Assembly: GCA_020428565.1 (NCBI GenBank)
Contig: JAGQMT010000001.1
Location: 1 to 30,904 of the forward strand
DNA length: 30,904 bases
Reading direction: 5' to 3'
Origin: Candidatus Saccharimonadota bacterium
GTDB taxonomy: Bacteria > Patescibacteriota > Saccharimonadia > Saccharimonadales > JACDBH01
Below the pieces are notes generated by a model, which had not been told where the DNA came from, made no database searches, and saw only the letters and a list, made by a program, of their open reading frames with translations. Both the position numbers and the translations under genes were made by a program. Shown here in pieces: positions 1-6,337 of this stretch (position 1 is the first letter of the stretch; every line of letters starts with the position of its first letter).

Positions 1-769
1 TACCAATCCCAAAATATCCAGCGTTACTCAGGAAATCTACCGTTTCAGCTGCATACGAGAGCATGATACCCGCTCTAGCATCGGCTGGCGAAATAGGTAT
101 ATTGCCATAAACAAAATGCATATTACGCTCAGGAATGCTGCCAGAAAGACCAAATCCTGACATTGCTGGATTGACCTCAGAGGCAGTCAGATATATTGGA
201 TTACCCAGCATGTTACCGCTTGCCAACGAATGTAGGTCACCAAACACCTCTCCCCAGTCAACAGATGGCCAACTACCATTATACGATGTCCCTAAAGTGC
301 CTTGTCCATCATGATCCCTATATGACACTCGTAGCGCATTGCCATCATTACCATACTGTCCAGTAAGTCTAGCGCGAACATTGATTGCACAATCCGGTAT
401 GTTATAGCTGGCAACTGTAGCATAAACCCTGACAACACGGCCGCCGGACTCTCGCGGAGCAATTTGATACTTATATTGAGGAGGTATAGGTAAATAGTTT
501 GGATCTAATTCAAAATGTCCGTTGTTGATAGTCTGACCATGTGGCGAGAAAGCTGCTGGATTACCACCAATGTCGCCTGCACGACTCAGCCATTGATAGC
601 GATCCATATTCCAGGAGCTAGGAGCATGGTAAACCATTCGAACGTCCTGGGTCTGAATAGCCGCCTCAACACTCCTTGACGCCATCCAGTTCATCACTAT
701 GATCAGACTCATAGTCAAGGCGACTAAAGCCATAAGTCGAATATTTAGTCTAGTTCTGTGATACTGCAC
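1..769 (-). CDS. Secreted/surface hypothetical protein, truncated by window edge
   Basis: Not in the ORF track. Manual translation gives an open frame from GTG 769 (or ATG 733) to the edge: MQYHRTRLNIRLMALVALTMSLIIVMNWMASRSVEA-AIQTQDVRMVYHAP... with a basic N-region, hydrophobic core and VEA cleavage-like site. Confidence 0.7.
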   Translation of the reverse strand, partial: MQYHRTRLNIRLMALVALTMSLIIVMNWMASRSVEAAIQTQDVRMVYHAPSSWNMDRYQWLSRAGDIGGNPAAFSPHGQTINNGHFELDPNYLPIPPQYKYQIAPRESGGRVVRVYATVASYNIPDCAINVRARLTGQYGNDGNALRVSYRDHDGQGTLGTSYNGSWPSVDWGEVFGDLHSLASGNMLGNPIYLTASEVNPAMSGFGLSGSIPERNMHFVYGNIPISPADARAGIMLSYAAETVDFLSNAGYFGIG

Positions 770-1331
770 TTAATCTATCCTCTGCTTCTTTTTTGACTTC
801 TTGCTGGTATTCAGTTAGCTCACTTAAGCCATCTAGATACGTGATTACATCATTAAGAGCCGTCACGTATCCTTCCCCGCTCGTTCCATACAGTAATCTA
901 GCTCGGACTATCAGAGAATAGTCAGTTCTACCTGCCACTTCCTCGTATTTATCCACCGCTTCTAGCGCACAGCCCACCATCATCTTGGATATACATATTC
1001 TCGACAGATCCATGTACATAGATGCCTGCTGGTCTTTGTCCTCTATCTGAGTGACCAAAGCAGTATACTCAGCCATGCCCGTATCTAGACTGTCTCTATT
1101 AATACTGTAAGCTATATTCTGAAGTTCGCTCTGAAGCTTATCTAATGTCGACTGAGCGCTAGGCGTGTCCTCGACAGGATTATTGGTAGCAGACTGATCG
1201 GTTGACATGAGTGTATACATCCATATTACGCCTAGTGCAATGATGACCAGTAGTGCAGTATACACCAGATGAACCCTAGGTTTAATATTAACTACTTTGC
1301 GAATTGACAACCGACGCATATAGCGCACCAC
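750..1331 (-). CDS. Membrane-anchored hypothetical protein (single N-terminal TM, helical C-terminal part)
   Basis: 193-aa ORF with hydrophobic stretch LVYTALLVIIALGVIWMY. AAGGAG at 1331-1336, so the true start may be ATG 1319. Overlaps the downstream ORF. Confidence 0.7.
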   Translation of the reverse strand: MVRYMRRLSIRKVVNIKPRVHLVYTALLVIIALGVIWMYTLMSTDQSATNNPVEDTPSAQSTLDKLQSELQNIAYSINRDSLDTGMAEYTALVTQIEDKDQQASMYMDLSRICISKMMVGCALEAVDKYEEVAGRTDYSLIVRARLLYGTSGEGYVTALNDVITYLDGLSELTEYQQEVKKEAEDRLSAVSQN

Positions 1332-1414
1332 TCCTTAGTAATAACTTTACTGTTTGATATATTAACATAAGCATACAGCTAGCTACAACTTCCATCCGCG
1401 CTAACCTGAATTCC

Positions 1415-1742
1415 GATACTGTATAAATCCACTGTGTAAGCACCTAGTTGGGTAGTGCCTAGTTAAGAAGTGGTACATTAGAGAAGAAGCCGCCATGAAT
1501 GCTCTAAAGCATAATTTTGAATATTGCCTAACTTATTTTTAGTTTCCAAAAGAAGACTGGACAAAGATTCGAACTACCAATATCTTAGAACGTGAGTTTC
1601 GTGAAATAAGAAGGCGTACAAAAGTACAGGACCATAGTTTTAATGATTTTGAATCAGCAAGGAGGTACTATGAAGGTATATTTCAATACCTAAATCAGTA
1701 CTACCCAGCTAAGTGACTTACACAGTGAAGGTTGACAGTACC
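1415..1742 (+). mobile_element. Internally deleted IS256-family element (328 bp)
   Basis: Imperfect 26-bp TIRs: GATACTGTATAAATCCACTGTGTAAG (1415-1440) and CTTACACAGTGAAGGTTGACAGTACC (1717-1742), enclosing a transposase C-terminal fragment. No target-site duplication visible. Confidence 0.8.
1465..1716 (+). pseudogene. IS256/Mutator transposase C-terminal fragment
   Basis: Translates KKWYIREEAAMNALKHNFEYCLTYF*FPKEDWTKIRTTNILEREFREIRRRTKV..., matching the IS256 pattern FP.E.W..IRTTN.LER..REIRRRTK. In-frame TAG at 1540-1542. Confidence 0.85.
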
Positions 1743-1938
1743 CATCTGGGAGAGAGGCAGTAACGAGAACTTCAATGGACTGCTGAGGCAATTCTTTCCA
1801 AAATCCAGAGATTTCTCGACCATAACCCAAAAGGAGCTTGACCTAGCGGTCAACCTCCTTAATACTAGACCTCGCAAACGACATGGCTACAAAAACCCTG
1901 CCGAGTTAATTAAGCCTTATTTGAGTGTTGCGATTTGA
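1741..1938 (+). pseudogene. IS30 transposase C-terminal fragment
   Basis: WERGSNENFNGLLRQFFPK...LNTRPRKRHGYKNPAE is the typical IS30 end motif. The N-terminal part is absent. Confidence 0.9.
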
Positions 1939-2010
1939 ATGTGAATTCAGGTATAGTTAGTGTTTTGTATTTTTACCTGTAACCCAAATTTAAATTATAA
2001 TAAAATATAG

Positions 2011-2040
2011 TTGACAAATATGACATATTTAGTGTACTAT
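2011..2040 (+). promoter_or_regulatory. Sigma70-type promoter for cassette D
   Basis: TTGACA (2011-2016), 18-bp spacer, TACTAT (2035-2040). Confidence 0.6.
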
Positions 2041-2121
2041 ATTACATAGAGATAGGCAATCGCCTATTTCATCCCCGACCTTCTGAGCATCAGAAGGCTT
2101 CCCCAAGCAAGGGAGAATAAA

Positions 2122-2490
2122 ATGTCGCACCTTATAGAAAAGAAAAAGCTGAAACCACTCCACTGGCGGATTATGATCACGGTTATCACAGCCTGCATTG
2201 GAGTCCTGATGTTCGTCGCTTGCATGCATCGCGATGAGCAAGAGCTCTTCGACCGACAATACATCCTATACAGTGTCGTCATACTGGTAGCAGTTACCGC
2301 CGGAGCAATTACACTTATCGCACTCTATGACAAGCCGTGGTGGTGGCAATACTACATGCTCCTGCTATCTTTCGCATACGCTGCATGTATGGCCACCGCC
2401 CCTATGTGGTCACTCGTTGTCAGCTCGGGACATACTGTAGGCATGATGCTGACAGCAGACATAGTGATATGCCGAGGCTCCTTGGAGTAG
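2122..2490 (+). CDS. Small multi-pass membrane hypothetical protein in a structured RNA cassette (cassette D)
   Basis: 122 aa with 3-4 hydrophobic segments. SD AAGGGAG at 2109-2115. Confidence 0.65.
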   Translation: MSHLIEKKKLKPLHWRIMITVITACIGVLMFVACMHRDEQELFDRQYILYSVVILVAVTAGAITLIALYDKPWWWQYYMLLLSFAYAACMATAPMWSLVVSSGHTVGMMLTADIVICRGSLE

Positions 2491-2957
2491 CAACGATGAA
2501 GCGCTAGCAATGGTCGAGGGTACGTCATCACATCAATGATGTTTTGCTGACCCTCGGCTCATTGCCCTATCTTTCACTTCTTCTCTGATTCTTATTCTCT
2601 CTTGCTTTTTTAACTTATGCGCATAGTTTATTCTATGAATTCATAAAACACATCGCAGATTATTTTTATCACAAAACCAAACCTAGCATTTTGTCCATGA
2701 CATGATATATAAACTCAATACAAGAAACTCCATAGCCTTATATAAATACAAAATAGCCTCTCCGCAATCTAAAAAGAGTCATTTGATAACTTGGTAAAAG
2801 CTATTGAAACGTCATCTGATGGAATTTTATAACTCCGCTAGAACCTTTTTGAGGAGAATTACTAGACAGCACGAGACACAAGGGACTGTCAGACCCCAAC
2901 AGCATTCAAAGTAAGTGGTTCGAGCAGGAGTGGCAACGTCAGGCAAAAAAACACGGC

Positions 2958-3449
2958 GTGGAAAGTAAAGAAGAATTAATAGCCCTACAGTCTAGAGCCT
3001 ATCGGAACTTAACATCAGAAAAGATTGCAGATAATTTTGCAGCTAACGTTTTTAAGATAAATCCACAACTCAAACAAGCAATGATGAATAACAACCTTGG
3101 CAACACAACTTCATCTGCCTCGGCTGAACATTCGGAATCTAGTCTATTGGAAGTAGATGGCCTAACACCCGAACAAAAGCAAAGAAAACGCTGGCAAGAA
3201 AATACTGATATAGCTGTAAAGGCACTTGAACAGAGGGGCGTTACTCCTGAGCAAGCTAGACTAGAGGCTAATGAACTCATACAAAACTTAACGGAGCGTA
3301 TTCGACAAATTCATGAACAAGCTTCACAGGAAGGACGGTCATTAACAAATAGCGAAAAGGGCTTAGCGGCTGGTCTCAAACAAACAATCGACGTACAAAA
3401 TAGAATTTCGGCGGTATTCCAAGCACGCCATGGACATAAAGATACATGA
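2958..3449 (+). CDS. Hypothetical helical protein, possibly the 3' part of a disrupted gene
   Basis: 163-aa ORF from GTG. The frame stays open about 35 codons upstream to a TGA with no ATG. Two TPEQ repeats. Confidence 0.5.
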   Translation: MESKEELIALQSRAYRNLTSEKIADNFAANVFKINPQLKQAMMNNNLGNTTSSASAEHSESSLLEVDGLTPEQKQRKRWQENTDIAVKALEQRGVTPEQARLEANELIQNLTERIRQIHEQASQEGRSLTNSEKGLAAGLKQTIDVQNRISAVFQARHGHKDT

Positions 3450-3481
3450 TCTATAAATAAAAGTATCTAGAGGTCTTACTT

Positions 3482-3506
3482 GTATTTGAACCTCGGGTTC
3501 AAATAC
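3482..3506. terminator. Hairpin between convergent ORF and tRNA
   Basis: GTATTTGAACC-tcg-GGTTCAAATAC, perfect 11-bp stem. Confidence 0.55.
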
Positions 3507-3554
3507 TTCCACTTACCGTCATATACGAAATTTAGCACAAGGCTAGATTCTACG

Positions 3555-3646
3555 TGGCGGAGAGAGAGGGATTCGAACACCCTCGGAACCGTTGCCGGCT
3601 CACTTGTTTTCGAGACAAGCCAGTTCAACCACTCCTGCACCTCTCC
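3555..3646 (-). tRNA. tRNA-Ser(CGA), encoded CCA, 2-nt insertion in T arm
   Basis: GGAGAGG acceptor, anticodon arm CTTGT-CTCGAAA-ACAAG, long variable arm, T arm GAGGG-TGTTCGAAT-CCCTC, ends CCGCCA. 92 nt. Confidence 0.9.
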
Positions 3647-3715
3647 ACTAGCCTAATATTATAACAGAGACAAACTACTCTATATACATTTGCTATTAAC
3701 TGCTAAACTATAGTC

Positions 3716-4120
3716 ATGCAAGATTCGATTTTTACCAAGATTATCAAAGGCGAATTGCCCTGCCACAAAATCTACGAGGATAACAAAACTATCGCTTTTC
3801 TAACAATCCAACCATACATAGAGGGTCACACTTTAGTGGTGCCAAAACTCCAGATAGACGATTTTGAGCAACTACCAACCGAAGATTATCAAGCACTATT
3901 TACCACCGTCCAGAAGGTCGCAAAGCGCATCAAAGACGTATTCAATGTCCCAAAGACCGCCGTTACCGTCTTGGGGATGGAGATACCCCATGCCCATGTT
4001 CATATTATGCCAGTAGATAGCGAAGCATCCTATTTTGAAGCAATCGAAAATCGTGCTACTATCCCTAATGAACCTGACCATCAGCAACTAGCATTAATAG
4101 CAGAAAGATTGAGGTTTTAA
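3716..4120 (+). CDS. HIT family nucleotide-binding protein
   Basis: SIFTKIIKGELPCHKIYED N-terminus, GHTLVVPK, and histidine triad PHAHVHIMP. Confidence 0.95.
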   Translation: MQDSIFTKIIKGELPCHKIYEDNKTIAFLTIQPYIEGHTLVVPKLQIDDFEQLPTEDYQALFTTVQKVAKRIKDVFNVPKTAVTVLGMEIPHAHVHIMPVDSEASYFEAIENRATIPNEPDHQQLALIAERLRF

Positions 4121-4293
4121 TGAGTAATGTAATGGTAGCGTTTTTGTTCTCACTAGGAGCAAGCGCTTGGATTTATACCAAAATGATGAAGTCAAATGGC
4201 GGACAGACCAAAAGCGCCCTGACAGTCGCAGGTGTTGTAGCGTTTATTCTATTCCTCTTCCTCTTGACTGTGCTCGATAAACTCACGAACTAG
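4120..4293 (+). CDS. 57-aa two-TM membrane protein (below the ORF-track cutoff)
   Basis: MSNVMVAFLFSLGASAWIYTKMMKSNGGQTKSALTVAGVVAFILFLFLLTVLDKLTN. TAATG stop/start overlap with the HIT gene. Confidence 0.75.
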   Translation: MSNVMVAFLFSLGASAWIYTKMMKSNGGQTKSALTVAGVVAFILFLFLLTVLDKLTN

Positions 4294-4348
4294 CCTAATA
4301 GTACTTTTTATTAGCAAAAATTCCTGACAACTGGTAATATAGTACTAT

Positions 4349-5185
4349 ATGGATGAGCAGAGTTTGGGTAGGCATCTGCAGACTGCCCGTATGAAAGCGG
4401 GGCTAACGCAGCAGGAATTATGTCAAAAAGCGAGTATTTCTTACTCGACATTGGCCAAAATTGAACGTGGAGCCATCAAGTCTCCATCGGTTTTTACTAT
4501 CCAGCGCCTCGCAGAAGTATTAAACACTAGTCTAGACCAACTCATGGGTAGTTTTGGCCCAGCTCTACCTCAAAAAGGTAGAAGTAAAAGTGGAGTTACC
4601 TTTGTGTATTTTGATATCAATGGCTGTTTGGTTAGATTCTTTCATCATGCCTTTACCGAACTAGCCGAAGAAACAGGTATGCCGGCTGACCAGATAGAAT
4701 CAACATTTTGGCATTACAATGACGCCGTGTGTCGAGGCGAGATGCCTATGGATGAGTTCAACCGAATTATGGCCGAAAACTTCAAACACATGATTGACTG
4801 GAAGCATTACTACATGAGGGCTGTCGAACCTATCCAGCAAATGCACGATTTAGTCATCTGGGCGTCACACTATTATAAGGTGGGTCTTCTTAGTAATATT
4901 ATGCCCGGCTTTATACCTGATATGCTAGGTAATGGCTTGTTACCCAATATTGAGTATGATACCATCATTGATTCATCAGCGGTAAAAACTATCAAGCCAG
5001 AGGCACAAATATTCCAAATTGCCCAGGAACACTCTGGCGCTAACTCTGGCGAAATACTATTCATCGATGACTCGAGGGCTAACATTATGGCGGCCAGTCA
5101 GCTAGGCTGGAAAGTGTTGTGGTTTGACGACTTCCGCCCAGAAGAATCCGTAGCGCGCGTCAAGCAAGCCCTAGAGCTAGCCTAG
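4349..5185 (+). CDS. XRE-family HTH fused to HAD-superfamily hydrolase
   Basis: N-terminal ARMKAGLTQQELCQKASISYSTLAKIERG. HAD motif I FDINGCL, motif II LLSN, KPE and motif IV FIDDS. Confidence 0.9.
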   Translation: MDEQSLGRHLQTARMKAGLTQQELCQKASISYSTLAKIERGAIKSPSVFTIQRLAEVLNTSLDQLMGSFGPALPQKGRSKSGVTFVYFDINGCLVRFFHHAFTELAEETGMPADQIESTFWHYNDAVCRGEMPMDEFNRIMAENFKHMIDWKHYYMRAVEPIQQMHDLVIWASHYYKVGLLSNIMPGFIPDMLGNGLLPNIEYDTIIDSSAVKTIKPEAQIFQIAQEHSGANSGEILFIDDSRANIMAASQLGWKVLWFDDFRPEESVARVKQALELA

Positions 5186-5211
5186 ACTCGGTATTTTAAA
5201 CCAAAGAGAAA

Positions 5212-5268
5212 CCCCAATTATCATTATCCGCTATACGGAACTCATTAGAGTATGAGTGATAATTGGGG
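5212..5268. terminator. Y-shaped (three-way) hairpin at the convergent end of the HAD gene and cassette A
   Basis: 12-bp stem CCCCAATTATCA/TGATAATTGGGG with two inner arms (TCCG/CGGA and ACTCAT/ATGAGT alternatives). Followed by a U-rich tract on the - strand. Confidence 0.55.
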
Positions 5269-5506
5269 GGTAGAGTGCCTTGATTGTCTGTCTATATGAC
5301 AGTATAGGTACAAGGCAGACCAGTGACGGTATTAGTATCTATGAGACACTTTGTGTATAAGCACGTACCGAAGCGCACTTCCCTGCTCGATGGACAGTCC
5401 ACAGAGCTTTGTTTCACCTCCAGGGAGAGGTTAGTTGGTTATCAGTTCCTTACTGCTAGGCGCATAGTTTGCGTAGTAGCGAGTCTATGCGAGACTCTTG
5501 GAGGCT

Positions 5507-6019
5507 TTAGCGACAGGCGAGCTCTCGCTCAACCCAGAAGTCATAGACTTCTGGGTTGTCGAGGCTCACTGCCTCGCGAGAGCGCTCGCCCGCGAGCGCT
5601 CTCGCCCTTACAAAGGCCTTGTAATATAGCCCTTCGTAAGGGCGGCCTCGCCTGTCGCGCGTGACGATAAGCGTCACGCGCCATGTTCCGTCCGCCATCT
5701 TGGTGGCGGCGATGAGGGTTCCCGAGGTGGCCGATGCCACCTCGATGTACCTCACTGGTGATTTCTCACCAATGAGGTACCACCCCCCTCCGACGTCCGC
5801 CTCCTCCACGAAGTGGAGGGTTTTTTTGTCATGGCCAGGGGCCATGACAAAAAAACGGCTCCCGAAGGAGTGGGTCGCCATGGCGACCTCCACTCCTTCA
5901 GGAGTCAAGCCGCTTGGGCAATGGGAAAACCCATGCCCAAGGGCCTTGGCAACCAGGTCCCAATCGTTCGTATAGAACACTTCGTCGAACATCATCTCCC
6001 CTTTTCGGGTCGTGTGCAT
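5507..6019 (-). CDS. Hypothetical protein with hairpin-tiled coding sequence (cassette A)
   Basis: 170-aa ORF. AAAGGGGAG lies just before the ATGs at 5995/5992, the likely start. GC-rich (35/60 G+C in 5521-5580 and in 5581-5640). No family recognised. Confidence 0.6.
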   Translation of the reverse strand: MHTTRKGEMMFDEVFYTNDWDLVAKALGHGFSHCPSGLTPEGVEVAMATHSFGSRFFVMAPGHDKKTLHFVEEADVGGGWYLIGEKSPVRYIEVASATSGTLIAATKMADGTWRVTLIVTRDRRGRPYEGLYYKAFVRARALAGERSREAVSLDNPEVYDFWVERELACR

Positions 6020-6287
6020 TTAGCATTGTTGCTAGGCTGCACGCCTCAAAGTCTCTAGTTTTAGAGCCCTTGAGCCGAAACTCAACTACATTGGCCATAG
6101 ACCAGCAATCGAGTTCCGAGCCCAAAAGCTCTAGTTACACAAAGTCAGAAAATGTTTGTATATCATAGGAACTAGCTCGAATGAGAGGCTCTTGTATTTG
6201 TACAAAGAATAGACTCCTTCCTACCAACAAACACCTTTACCGAACTAAGATAACCCAGCTTTTAATGTACGGAATCTTTGATTACTC

Positions 6288-6333
6288 AAAAATTCCCGGA
6301 GAGGCTGATGACATATCAGCCCAACCGGCAATT
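6288..6333 (-). terminator. Probable terminator of the helicase gene
   Basis: Long hairpin AATT.CCGG...GGCTGAT/ATCAGCC...CCGG.AATT followed by a T run, directly after the stop at 6338. Confidence 0.55.
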
Positions 6334-6337
6334 TTCG

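Larger units (their letters stand above)
1405..1951 (+). mobile_element. IS30-family remnant (left tip plus 3' end), interrupted by an IS256 derivative
   Basis: Right end TGTTGCGATTTGAATGTGAATTCAGG (1926-1951) follows an IS30-type transposase C-terminus. The inverted 9-mer CCTGAATTC is at 1405-1413. Confidence 0.75.

Noticed and set aside
1-769. Type IV pilin
   Set aside because: No G|F...E prepilin motif. It looks like a Sec signal peptide.
2820-2957. TGA read-through (genetic code 25) extending the 2958 ORF
   Set aside because: valS terminates on TGA and the long genes are intact in code 11.
1-3554. Island integrated at the 3' end of tRNA-Ser(CGA)
   Set aside because: No duplicated tRNA 3' end (att) or integrase was found within the window.
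5400-5450. CTGATAA...CCTC/GAGG...TGAAAC on the - strand as a degenerate hammerhead in cassette A
   Set aside because: The core is CUGAUAA with 8 extra nt before the stem, and no stems I/III or NUH site could be built.
5323-6168. Overlapping ORFs 5323+, 5661+, 5813+, 5898-, 5914+
   Set aside because: Shadow frames of GC-rich palindromic sequence, lacking SD support. The 5507-6019 minus frame has the best start signal.
5200-6290. Group II intron
   Set aside because: A GTGCG occurs on the - strand, but no domain V hairpin and no RT/maturase were found.
6305-6311. CTGATGA on the + strand as a second hammerhead
   Set aside because: It is one arm of the simple GGCTGAT/ATCAGCC hairpin. No stem II plus GAAA follows. 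The other CTGANGA hits lie inside ordinary CDSs and lack the architecture.
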